64,000 nt of DNA from Thermomicrobiales bacterium (GTDB lineage: Bacteria; Chloroflexota; Chloroflexia; Thermomicrobiales; UBA6265). The notes below the pieces were generated by a model, which was not told the DNA's origin, did no database searches, and was given only the letters and a program-made list of their open reading frames with translations. The DNA lies in the NCBI GenBank assembly GCA_041390825.1, contig JAWKPF010000016.1, forward strand, positions 2 through 64,001, in the 5' to 3' direction. The position numbers and the translations under genes were made by a program. Positions 33,409-42,423 of the stretch are shown here, piece after piece (position 1 is the first letter of the stretch; the number at the start of each line of letters is the position of its first letter).

Positions 33409-33843
33409 ATGCAACTCTCTGGGGAATATGCCTTCGATGCCCCGCGTCAAGTCGTTTGGGATTTTCTGATGGATCCGGCCGTGCTGGAGGCCTGTCTGCC
33501 CGGCGCCGGGGGATGACCGAGTCGGTCCGAACGAGTACGCCACCATGAAGGTGGGAATCGCGATGATCAAGGGCACCTTCACCGGAAGGTGAAGATTCTC
33601 GACAAGGTGGAGCCGACGTCCTATCGCATGGAAGTCGAGGAGCGGTCCGCAGGGCCAGGTCTCGGGATCTGGCACGCTCGAGCTGATCATGCAGGACGAG
33701 CAGACCACCGTGCGATTAACGGCGATGCCAACATTCGCGGCTTTCGATCGCCCGCGTGGGCGCTGCATGATCCAGCCGGCTGCCCGGCAGATCGTTGGCC
33801 AGTTTTCAGTTGTCTCGAATCGAAGGCGAGCGCGGCGAAGTAG
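33409..33843 (+). pseudogene. CoxG-like SRPBCC protein, frameshifted as given
   Basis: An AGGAAGAGGA SD precedes ATG 33409, which gives MQLSGEYAFDAPRQVVWDFLMDPAVLEACLPG. Later segments read MKVGIAMIKGTFTG, KILDKVEPTSYRMEVE and QFSVVSN/ QFFSCLESKA. Confidence 0.6.
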
Positions 33844-33874
33844 TCTTTCCTGCTCTCACGCCAGAGGCCGCAGC

Positions 33875-34129
33875 ATGCCGGATAACATCCTGACGCTCAT
33901 CAGCTATCTGTTCAACGCGCTTACGCTGATTGTCATCGCGCGGAAACGCTGCTCCTGGTCGGTCAGGATGCGATCTCCCGTCGGGCGAATTCTGGTCGAT
34001 ATCACCGAGCCCTTTCTGGGGCCGATTCGCCGGGCGTTGCCCTCGATGGGTGGCATCGTTTCTCGCCGATCATCCTGATCATCCTGCTGCAATTCATCGA
34101 GCAGTTCATCTTCCGTCAATTCGCCTGAC
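33875..34129 (+). pseudogene. YggT-family membrane protein, frameshifted as given
   Basis: ATG 33875 gives MPDNILTLISYLFNALTLIVIAR. Later segments read ILVDITEPFLGPIRRALPSMGG and SPIILIILLQFIEQFIFRQFA*. Confidence 0.5.
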
Positions 34130-34201
34130 ATCGTGTGGAACCGGGGCATGGGGCCCCGGTTCTGTCGTGTTCGACGATGCCGTATACCCAGCTGGAGTTC
34201 C

Positions 34202-35565
34202 ATGACCGCTGTCAGTTAGCGCCTATTTTGCCGAGCAGGAGGAGGCGAATCTCGAAGAGCTCTACGACTTCCTGCGCATTCGAGTGTGAGCGCACTGCCG
34301 GAGAACGCCGGCGATGTGCGCCCCGCGCCGGAATGGGTGGCCGCGCATGAAAACAGCAGGCATCCCTGGTCGAGGTGCTGGAAACCGGCGGTCACCCGCT
34401 CGTCTATGGCAGGTGGCATGTCGATGACGGCAAACCAACCGCGCTGATCTATGCCACTACGATGTCCAGCCGCCGGTGATCCGATCGATCTCTGGGAGAC
34501 GCCTCCCTTCGAACCAGCCGTGCGCGACGGCAAGATCTGCCCGTGGTTCTGGCGATGACAAGGCCGGTCTTTACATCACGCTGCTGGCGATCGAGGCGTT
34601 CGCCAGGAAGCACGGCCAACCGCCAATCAACCTCTCGTCTTCTTCTACGAAGGGGAGGAAGAGATTGGCAGCCATCGATCTCGCCCTATCTGACCGCGCA
34701 CTGCCGACAGGTTCGCCGCGGATGTCGTCTTCAGCGCCGATGGCATGATGTGGGGGTGAGGATCAGTATTCCCTCATCCTCTCGTCAAAGGAGTATGGCC
34801 GGCGGTCAGATCGACATCATCACCGCAGATTCGGACGCGCATTCCGGCATCTACGGCGGTGGTGTTGCCAATACCGCCCGCGTCACCGCCCGCATCGCCT
34901 CGTCGTTCCGGTACCAACGGCAAGGTGGCGGTCGAAGGTTTCTATGACAAGGTCTTGCCCATCACCGAGCAGGAAGCTGCCGATATCGAGAACGTTCCGT
35001 TCGACCGAGAAGCGTTCCTCGGCTCGATCGGCGTCACGGTGCCCACCGGCGAGGCAGACTACACCACGCTCGAGCGTCTCTGGATGCACCCACAATCGAT
35101 ATCGGCGGCATCTGGAGCGGTTTCCGGGGTGCGGGCTCAAAGATGTCACTCCGGCGCAGGGCACGTCAAAATCACCTGTCGCCTGGTGCCCGATCAAGAC
35201 CCCGACGAGATCAACGATCTGATTCGGCTGCATGTCGAGCAACACCTGCCAGTAGGAGCGCGAGCCGAATTCCAGCCTCAAGACGGGCACCGCGCGAGCC
35301 GTTCTCGATTTCGCGCGACAACCCATACATGGTGGCCGCCGCCGAGACGTTGACCGAGATCGGTGGGAAGGACGTGGTCTACGTTCGCACGGGCGGCACA
35401 TTCCCCATTGCCGAAGTGTTCAAGCATCACCTCGGCGCGGAGATGGTCTTCTATGCGTTCAGCCTGGAGACCCTGCAGCGCCCATGCGCCGAACGAGTTC
35501 TTCCGGATCGAAGACTTCCGCAACGGCACTATTGCCACAGTGGCCTGGAGCGGTTGGCGAAGTAG
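34202..35565 (+). pseudogene. M20-family dipeptidase, frameshifted as given
   Basis: Segments read [110 protein letters not shown] and YVRTGGTFPIAEVFKHHLGAEMVFYAFSLE, ending LERLAK*. Confidence 0.65.
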
Positions 35566-35578
35566 GACGAGATTCTTG

Positions 35579-35648
35579 GTCCAGAGTCCAGAGTTCAGAG
35601 TCCAGGTCCAGGGTCTGGAGCTGAGAGAGAAGGGCTCTGGGGCTCGAA
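35579..35648. repeat. heptanucleotide tandem repeat (GTCCAGA-like, about 10 units) between convergent genes
   Basis: Read directly: gtccaga gtccaga gttcaga gtccagg tccaggg tctggag ctgagag agaaggg ctctggg. Confidence 0.85.
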
Positions 35649-35653
35649 CCGAA

Positions 35654-36078
35654 CTACGGCTTGATGTAGCGGAAGCCCTGGTTCATGGCTGGATCAGGGC
35701 AACGACTCCGCCGAGATCGGTCTTGGCCCAGGATGGAATCTCGCCGATGTCGATCTTGTGCTCTTTGAGCGCGTTCGGACAGACGTAGACCTCGACGCCC
35801 TTTTCGGTCAGCTCACCCAAATGCGCGCTCGGGTCGTTGTCACTGGCAAGCGTGTACACCGAGCTTCCGTCACCGACCCGCAGACTCGCCGCCGGCCATT
35901 CTGCGGTCAGGTTGTCGAGATTGGACAGGACGCGAACCCAGTCCTGCTCCTGCGCGGCATGCAGCACGACTTTGAAATCGCTGGGCACATCAGGGATCAC
36001 GAGGGCGTTGGCGTGGCATCCTGACCAATGCGCCGGAATGACCGAGCGCTCCAATGGCGGTAAATATTGCTCCTTCAA
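35654..36078 (-). pseudogene. DsrE/DsrF-like family protein (one frame change near the C-terminus)
   Basis: ORF 35683..36078 reads FKVVLHAAQEQDWVRVLSNLDNLTAEWP...GVEVYVCPNALKEHKIDIGEIP...GGVVALIQP. It then continues MNQGFRYIKP* in the adjacent frame, with TAG at 35654-35656. The TTG start at 36078 overlaps the upstream TGA as TTGA. Confidence 0.5.
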
Positions 36079-38050
36079 GGCCGTTCGGCGATTGACAGGA
36101 TCTCTGAACGAATTCGCATTGCAGGGCCCTCCACGATGTTCGCTGTCACCAGGTTCGCAGCGTCAGTATGCGGCGTGAGGGACACGCTTGCTAAAGCGAT
36201 GGAACCGGCAGCGTCTTGCAGGGGGATACCAACCAGTTCCATCAGCTTGAGCGCATTGGTCGTGGTGGCGGGCGAAGGGTGTAGTCGAAGGTCATGTCCA
36301 TTTGCCCGTCACGTTCGAACGGAACTTTCCCGCGAAATGAACTTCTTGCGCAGAGTCGGCGAGAGCTCACTGGCGAGCAAGAGATCGAGATCGATGCGTG
36401 GACACCGCACCTATCGCCGCGCTCGATGAGCAGCGAGATGATCCGGCAGGCCGCGATCTGCCGCTCCGCTGTGTTGGTGCCAGAGAGGATCATCGAGCAG
36501 GAAACAGATGATGCGTCCGTCTGGTTGCTCCGTTTGCGATGCGTCGACGATCTGTTTCAGACGCAAGGGCTCGGCCATGTAGTAGGAGACACCCATTTCC
36601 AGCGAATCGACGATGCGTACACTGGTCCAGAGCGAAATCGGTGGCAGTGAGGAAGTGTCTGCGCGCAAGCGGGAGCGCCAGCGTTGGCGAGCACCGAATC
36701 GATCGATCGAGCGTAGCAGGGTGCTCTTGCCTGACATGTTCGAGCCGGTCACGAAGAGAAACGATCCTGGGGGGCCCACGGTGACATCGTTGCAAGCCAG
36801 CGATTCGCGGGAATCAGCGGATGCCCGAGCTGGGTCGCGGCGATACGATCGTGCGTCTCCGGAGACATCGGGATAGACCCATTCCGGGTTGTCATGCGCC
36901 AGGTTGGCGAGCGCGCCGAAGCGCCTCGTACCAGCCGATCGCTTCCAGCCAATGGGGGACGTGCGCTCCGTAAGTTTCCCGCCAGCGCTCCAATCGGTCG
37001 TAGAAATGGACATCCCAGGCGCAGGCGAATTGCAGAACGTAACTTTGGAGTGAGGCCGCGTGGCACGCAGATGAAAGGATCTGCGCGAGCTGGCGCGCGC
37101 CTGGGACGAGGAAACTCCGTCCGTCCGGAGAGGCGCATCGATCTCCCGGAGCAGTTCGGCTTGCCGTTGCTTGCCGTCCAGCAGTTCCAGCAACCCGGCA
37201 TAGGCACGGATAGCGCTCCCATGCTCCATGGCGGCATCCATCTGCCGGCCGACCTTGTGATGCAACGCGGTTGCAATCACGAGATTGGCCATGAGCGGTA
37301 TCGCCAGCCAGCCTGAATCGACCTGGCCGGCAATCGCAAGCGCAAGCACCAGTATTGCTGCCAGCACGCTCGATCGGGCGAGCCAGGTCAGAAGCGGCAG
37401 GCGTGTTCCCGGGGCGCGCAGCCAATCGAGAAATGCCGCGGTGTTGTCATCGTCGATCTCGCCCAGCAGAGCCCGCTGCTGCAACTCCTGTAGCCAGGGA
37501 AGATCCTGCGAGAGCTCGCGCACCGCTTCCTGACGGGAGGGAATCTCATGCGGTGGGGCGGGATCCAGTAGCCAGCCGGTCAGGCGTTCGCCCCCCATGG
37601 TGGTGCCGGTGGTGTCGAGCAATTGGAGCAGCGAGGCCTTCCCGACGATGTCCAGGTCGCCCGCATAAGGGTGCGTGGCTGGTACGGTGACAGAGTCGGG
37701 CTCTGGCAGGTTGCTCCAGTCGCGTTGTTGCCGCGCGACGCCGTAACGATTGACGAGCGCCAGTGTGGAAGCGCGCATCCATTCGACGGTCAGTTGGCGG
37801 TACCGGCGGACGAGCAAAGCGAGCAGGATGCCAGCCACCACGGCAGCTGGCACGGCCCAGAGCTCGCTCGTGAAGACCCAATAGAGCGCCGCGGCAATCA
37901 GCGCCCCGCCGGCCACCAACCGAAGGTTGCTGATGCGGCGTCGCTGCTGTTCGAGCAGGTCAGCATCGTGCTGCCAACGCGCGGCACGCTCGGCGTAGCC
38001 GCGTTCGATGGCCGACTGGGGTTCAGGATCGATCGGGAGGTCGCTCAGCG
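36075..38050 (-). pseudogene. membrane-associated MutS-family ATPase (MutS domain V only), C-terminal two-thirds frameshifted as given
   Basis: The N-terminal ~270 codons of ORF 36411..37919 read cleanly and include TM helices. After that the segments are W+EA+[61 protein letters not shown] (Walker A), GVSYYMAEPLRLKQIVDA, GTNTAERQIAACRIISLLIERG, MTFDYTLRP and NALKLMELVGIP...AERP*, in different frames. The start codon near 38050 is unresolved. Confidence 0.6.
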
Positions 38051-38959
38051 AAACTGCTCGGTCGTCAAACGCGCGTCGCTATCTGGGCGCTCGGCGTGCG
38101 AAATTCCGTTGGTCGAGGATGGATCGAGGTCGACCGGCTGATGATTGGGGAACCCCGGAAGCGCCTGTTGCACGAGCGGATGCTCGGCATTGAGCTCGGT
38201 TGTGACCAGTTCCTGGTTTTGTCCGTTGAGGGTTTGCCGTTTGGTCAGGATTCCCTTGCGCAGGAACTCCATGACCTTGGCTTCGATGTGTTCTGACGGG
38301 AGCACGCTGCGATCGAGGAATCGCCACAGCGTCCGGCTCATGTGGCTTTGCGTGGGAACGAAACCATCATGGAGCTGCCGGACATATCGGTCGACTGCCT
38401 GAATGACCTCGATGTCGATGTCCGGCGAATCCGGCATCAGAATCTCGTCTTCCTCGCCGGCGGCAGCCACCAGGTCGGGACTGATCGACCCGGGCACACC
38501 GCAGATCACCACCCGCCGGCCCAACCGATTGCGCAGCGTGGTCACGACGCGGATGAAATCCTTGTCGCCGGTGAAGAGGAGGAAGGTCTTGATATCGGGT
38601 CGCGCCAAGGCAGTGTTGATGATGTCGAGCGCGAAGTTCAGGTCGGAACGAGAGACGATCTTCTCACGACCGTGCTGATCGGTCGTGCGTTTGGCGGGAT
38701 AGTGCTGCGCTTCGAACCCGGCGACGTCGAGCCGATTGCGGCTTTGTTGGGGATGCTGGTCGAAATCGGCATAGGCGCGCGCAACTGCCATCAGACCGTA
38801 GCTGAGCGCTTTGTCACGCCAGACAATGGGATCTGGCTCACGCCCGAACGCGTTGATTGTCGAGTAGCGGATGTTTTCGAAGTCGACGAACGCGGCGACC
38901 TCTGCCGCCTGCACGCCGAGGGGTGTTTGATCAGACATTTGACCGACTGGGTCGATCAT
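38045..38959 (-). CDS. NYN (LabA-like PIN) domain protein with C-terminal helical domain
   Basis: ORF 38045..38962. A GAGAGGA SD precedes ATG 38959. The sequence contains AAFVDFENIRYS and TFLLFTGDKDFIRVVTTLRNRLGRRVVICGVPGSIS, the NYN signature aspartates. It is intact. Confidence 0.8.
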   Translation of the reverse strand: MIDPVGQMSDQTPLGVQAAEVAAFVDFENIRYSTINAFGREPDPIVWRDKALSYGLMAVARAYADFDQHPQQSRNRLDVAGFEAQHYPAKRTTDQHGREKIVSRSDLNFALDIINTALARPDIKTFLLFTGDKDFIRVVTTLRNRLGRRVVICGVPGSISPDLVAAAGEEDEILMPDSPDIDIEVIQAVDRYVRQLHDGFVPTQSHMSRTLWRFLDRSVLPSEHIEAKVMEFLRKGILTKRQTLNGQNQELVTTELNAEHPLVQQALPGFPNHQPVDLDPSSTNGISHAERPDSDARLTTEQFR

Positions 38960-39222
38960 CACCGAGGTCCTCTCGAGACGACCAACGGTTATGCAGTCTG
39001 GCTGTCCGCTCGCTTCGGGATCGTAAGGAGAAATCCAGTGCAGTGACGCTTCGTAGTCCTGCTTGTATACCCGAACGCACCCTTCGAACCGCCATTAACA
39101 GCTTTAACCACTGAGCTCATGAATAACGAAATGCCGACGACCAGCTCATATATCGACGTATTGCTGACCGTATGGGCAGTCTAGCACGCAACGAACATGC
39201 TGGGAAAGAAATGGGGGAGAGA

Positions 39223-39341
39223 GGCAATGGGCAAAAGGCAATGGGCAATGGGCAACAGGCAACAGGCAAAAGGAAAGGGGCAGGAGCATTGGGCAACAGG
39301 AGACTGGCAACTGACGACCGACAACTGGCAACTGACCTCAG
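39223..39341. repeat. heptanucleotide tandem repeat (GGCAAYR-like grading into GGCAACTGAC-like, about 17 units)
   Basis: Read directly: ggcaatg ggcaaaa ggcaatg ggcaatg ggcaaca ggcaaca ggcaaaa ... ggcaact gacgacc gacaact ggcaact gacc. The unit types and their order match the 13331-13468 locus. Confidence 0.9.
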
Positions 39342-39357
39342 GCAACCCTGGGTTGCC
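39341..39357. other. perfect hairpin GGCAACC-ctg-GGTTGCC at the end of the repeat tract
   Basis: Read directly. It has 7-bp arms and a 3-nt loop. Confidence 0.8.
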
Positions 39358-39385
39358 TGATTCTCAACGATCGCCTACGTTTTCT

Positions 39386-39448
39386 GCGTGCCGCGTGCCG
39401 CGTGCCGCGTGCCGCGTGCCGCGTGCCGCGTGCTGCGTGCCGCGTGCT
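39386..39448. repeat. 9 x GCGTGCY heptanucleotide tandem repeat abutting the stop codon of the ROK kinase gene
   Basis: Read directly: gcgtgcc x6, gcgtgct, gcgtgcc, gcgtgct. The last two bases are part of the minus-strand TAG stop (39447-39449). Confidence 0.95.
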
Positions 39449-40433
39449 ATCCCGCTCCGTGGATGGCGGCGCCGACGATACCGGCGTTGTCACCCAGTTT
39501 GGCGCGCACGATTTCGGTCGACTTGGCTGCTGTTGGCAGTGATTCCCGGACGGCGCGTTGCGACGCGACCTCGAAGAGGTAGTCGACCGCCTCGATCACG
39601 CCGCCACCCATGATGATGCGCGACGGGTTGAGGAGATTGATGACCGAGGCAAGCCCGAGTCCCAGGTCTGTTCCGGCTTCCGTCAACGTCTCAGTGACCA
39701 ACGGGTCGTTTTCCTTCATCGCCTTGGCGAGCAGCCCCGAGCGCAGCGCGCTGCCATCCCCGTCCGAATCGGCCAACGATGGCTCCAGCTTGGTCAGCAC
39801 CGATTTTCGGCCACGTTTCAATTCGCCCAGGATAGTCCGAGTGATTGCGGTGCGCGATGCGTACGCCTCCAGATGACCACGCCCACCGCAACCGCAGTGC
39901 CGGCCATTGGCATGGATGATCAGGTGCCCGACTTCGCCGGCAGTGCCGGTTGCGCCTGTGTAGAGTCGACCGTCGTGCACGATCGCGCCGCCCACGCCGG
40001 TTCCGACGAAGACGCAGAAGAAGTCGGCGCATCCCTTGCCGGCGCCGAACGTTCCTTCACCCAGCGCGGCCACTTGCACATCGTTGAGAAGCGCGGCCCG
40101 CACCTTGTACCGATCTTCGAGCATATCTGCGATGGGGAGATTGACGGTTGCCTGGCTGAGATTGGGCGCCCCCAGCAGAATTCCCTTTGCGGTATTGATC
40201 TGCCCAGCGATCCCGACGCCAATTCCCTTGATTGCTGACTTCTTCTTGAGTCCGGCGGTGTCGAGCGCGTCGTCGATTCCGCTGTAGATGCGCTCCATCA
40301 GCGCTTTGGCGTCGTCGTCAGGATTGGTCTTCTTCTTCGATGAACTGAGGATCTCTCCGGTCGAGACATCGACCACCGCCGCGAGCAGCTTGGTTCCGCC
40401 AAAGTCGACACCAACCGCGAGCTCACCTGCCAT
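39447..40433 (-). CDS. ROK-family sugar kinase (glucokinase-like)
   Basis: An AGGAGAAG SD precedes ATG 40433, which gives MAGELAVGVDFGGTKLLAAVV. Later segments read CVFVGTGVGGAIV and GEVGHLIIHANGRHCGCGGRGHLEAY, the ROK Cys/His zinc motif. There is no N-terminal HTH, so I call it a kinase rather than a repressor. Confidence 0.85.
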   Translation of the reverse strand: MAGELAVGVDFGGTKLLAAVVDVSTGEILSSSKKKTNPDDDAKALMERIYSGIDDALDTAGLKKKSAIKGIGVGIAGQINTAKGILLGAPNLSQATVNLPIADMLEDRYKVRAALLNDVQVAALGEGTFGAGKGCADFFCVFVGTGVGGAIVHDGRLYTGATGTAGEVGHLIIHANGRHCGCGGRGHLEAYASRTAITRTILGELKRGRKSVLTKLEPSLADSDGDGSALRSGLLAKAMKENDPLVTETLTEAGTDLGLGLASVINLLNPSRIIMGGGVIEAVDYLFEVASQRAVRESLPTAAKSTEIVRAKLGDNAGIVGAAIHGAG

Positions 40434-40534
40434 CGTTGCGCTTCTCCTGTCTGCTGCCAGCATCTCCGCGTCGCTCCGGTACACAATACGCCAACTTGGG
40501 CTCACTTCGGCGAATTCCTGCGAATGGAGGCGTC

Positions 40535-41410
40535 ATGACCGCACACGATTTGGCGATACGCTTGCCGATCGAATTCATGAAGCTGCACGGGTCGGGCAAT
40601 GACTTCGTCGTGATCGACAATCGCTCCGCCGTAGTGCCCGAGCGCGAGCTGCATCGCTTCAGCACGCTCGTCACGCGCCGGGCGACCTCGATCGGTGCGG
40701 ATGGCGTGGTGTTCATCGAGCCCGCGTCCGAACCCGGCGCCGATTTCCTTTGGCGATACTTCAACGCCGATGGGTCCGAAGGCGAGATGTGCGGCAACGG
40801 CGCCATGTGCGGAGCGCGGTTCGCTGAGCTCATTGGCGCGGCGGGACCGGAAATGGCGTTTTCCACGATGAGCGGTGTCGTGCGAGCTCGAGTCGACGCG
40901 GACACTGGCCTGGTCGCGCTGGCCATGCCTGATACCGGCCCGGTCGAGCCCTCCCGGATCGTCGAGGTCGATGGGATCGACTACGAACTCTTTCCCATCC
41001 AGGTCGGCGTGCCCCATGCGGTGCTCTATGTCAAAGATGCGGACGCGTTCGGAAGCCGCGCCGATCTGGAGCGAATTGGTCAACAGATTCGCCGGTCGGA
41101 GGCCTTCATGCCAGCGGGCGTCAACGTGAATGTCGTTTCGCATCTTGGTGGAAATCGATTGCGGATGCGCACCTATGAACGCGGTGTGGAGGCGGAAACG
41201 CTTGCCTGCGGCACCGGCGGGGTGGCGAGCGCGGTGGTCAGCGCCCAGCGCGGGTTGGTGCGGTCGCCGGTAGAGGTCATCACCTCCAGCGGGATGCCAC
41301 TGGTCGCCAGCTTCGACCTGGGAGAGAATGGGGCGCGTACGGTCGCCCTGCAGGGGCAGACCAGGATCGTCATGAGCGGTGAAATCCGACCCGACGCGCT
41401 GGCGCGCTGA
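40535..41410 (+). CDS. dapF: diaminopimelate epimerase
   Basis: A GGAGG SD precedes ATG 40535. The sequence contains FMKLHGSGNDFVVID, SEGEMCGNGAMC (first catalytic Cys) and ETLACGTGGVA (second catalytic Cys). It is intact at 291 aa. Confidence 0.9.
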   Translation: MTAHDLAIRLPIEFMKLHGSGNDFVVIDNRSAVVPERELHRFSTLVTRRATSIGADGVVFIEPASEPGADFLWRYFNADGSEGEMCGNGAMCGARFAELIGAAGPEMAFSTMSGVVRARVDADTGLVALAMPDTGPVEPSRIVEVDGIDYELFPIQVGVPHAVLYVKDADAFGSRADLERIGQQIRRSEAFMPAGVNVNVVSHLGGNRLRMRTYERGVEAETLACGTGGVASAVVSAQRGLVRSPVEVITSSGMPLVASFDLGENGARTVALQGQTRIVMSGEIRPDALAR

Positions 41411-41430
41411 CGGTCCGGGAGGAACGAACA

Positions 41431-41985
41431 GTGCAAAACCCGGATGCCAGGCGGCGCGCCATTGTGGCCGCATTGATTGCGGTGGGCGTGATTGCCGTGC
41501 TGGCGATTGCCATTTGGTCGCGCGGCGGAAATGATGAGCCCGCGGCGCCCACAGCTATCATCCAGCCAACGTTCGACACAAACGCCACCATGGCGCCGAC
41601 CGTCGAGGGAGGCGTCGAGCTTGGCAGCCTGCAGGTTGCCGCGTATTCCTGCCCCGAGCGGTCGACTCCCGACAGTGAATGCATGAACGCTGGATCGATC
41701 GACCTCACCGCCTTTTCCATGACCTTGCCAGACGGCCAGACGATTAGTCTCGAGAACGCGCAGCATATGGAAGACGGCGCCTACCAGTGGCTGAATATAC
41801 CGATCGGCCAGTACACGCTCCTGAGCGCCAATCTGGCGGGACCGGCGGGCGTCGATGTGCGCAATGTCTCCGGACCGGCTGAGCCAACCACCGACGGTTG
41901 GATCATCAGCAACACCGATCCGAACCAACCGGCGGTCATCAATATCCTCTACGCGCCGTCCGAGGGAAGTCCGGCGGCAGGATAG
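41431..41985 (+). CDS. membrane-anchored hypothetical protein
   Basis: A GGGAGG SD precedes GTG 41431. The N-terminal TM reads RRRAIVAALIAVGVIAVLAIAIW and is followed by an extracytoplasmic domain. No family was recognised. Confidence 0.6.
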   Translation: MQNPDARRRAIVAALIAVGVIAVLAIAIWSRGGNDEPAAPTAIIQPTFDTNATMAPTVEGGVELGSLQVAAYSCPERSTPDSECMNAGSIDLTAFSMTLPDGQTISLENAQHMEDGAYQWLNIPIGQYTLLSANLAGPAGVDVRNVSGPAEPTTDGWIISNTDPNQPAVINILYAPSEGSPAAG

Positions 41986-41998
41986 CGGCTTCGGAAAC

Positions 41999-42038
41999 AC
42001 GAACGACCACCCCGAAACCGGGATGGCCGTTCGTTTTG
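41999..42038. terminator. intrinsic terminator between convergent genes
   Basis: ACGAACGACCA ... TGGCCGTTCGT forms an 11-bp stem with one mismatch and a 14-nt loop. It is followed by TTTTG. Confidence 0.55.
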
Positions 42039-42052
42039 TCAGGACTGATTGG

Positions 42053-42265
42053 TTAGGCCTGCGCCTCGACCGGCTCGAAGCCCTTGCATCCGCTGATCGG
42101 GGTAACGACCAGGTCGAGCGGGGCGAGCTTCGGATGACCGCACGCCTCGGTCAGTTGCTCCGGGGCCTCGTGCTTGAGACGAATCTGAATGATCTGGGTC
42201 TTGTTGGGATCATTCTCCCCGAAGTGCGCGCAAAGACCGCACTGACCCTCGTGAACCTGCAGCAT
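42053..42265 (-). CDS. small Cys-containing hypothetical protein (70 aa)
   Basis: ORF 42053..42265 reads MLQVHEGQCGLCAHFGENDPNK...EACGHPKL...ISGCKGF. It contains a CxxC pair plus two further Cys. No family was recognised. Confidence 0.5.
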   Translation of the reverse strand: MLQVHEGQCGLCAHFGENDPNKTQIIQIRLKHEAPEQLTEACGHPKLAPLDLVVTPISGCKGFEPVEAQA

Positions 42266-42400
42266 CGATGTGTTCCTTTCGTTGGTGGTCCGGCCCCGCG
42301 TCGAAGGGCGTCAGACGATTCGACTGAACTCAGACTACCGGCGGAAAAATAGATAGTCAAGCTAAATAACCAGACCAAAAGTATCGGGATTGATTTGGTC

Positions 42401-42423
42401 GGAATTGCGCTCGCGGCAATTCC
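42401..42423. promoter_or_regulatory. inverted repeat GGAATTGC-n7-GCAATTCC in the divergent promoter region
   Basis: Perfect 8-bp arms, read directly. It lies 77 nt upstream of the LuxR-family ATG (42500), in a locally AT-richer stretch. Confidence 0.3.

Noticed and set aside
39223-39448. CRISPR array?
   Set aside because: The repeat unit is only 7 nt and there are no spacers. There are no cas genes in the window. These are simple tandem repeats.
40502-41473. 323-aa minus-strand ORF, and 39558..40238 on the plus strand
   Set aside because: They are antisense to dapF and to the ROK kinase respectively. Both of those genes have catalytic motifs on the opposite strand.
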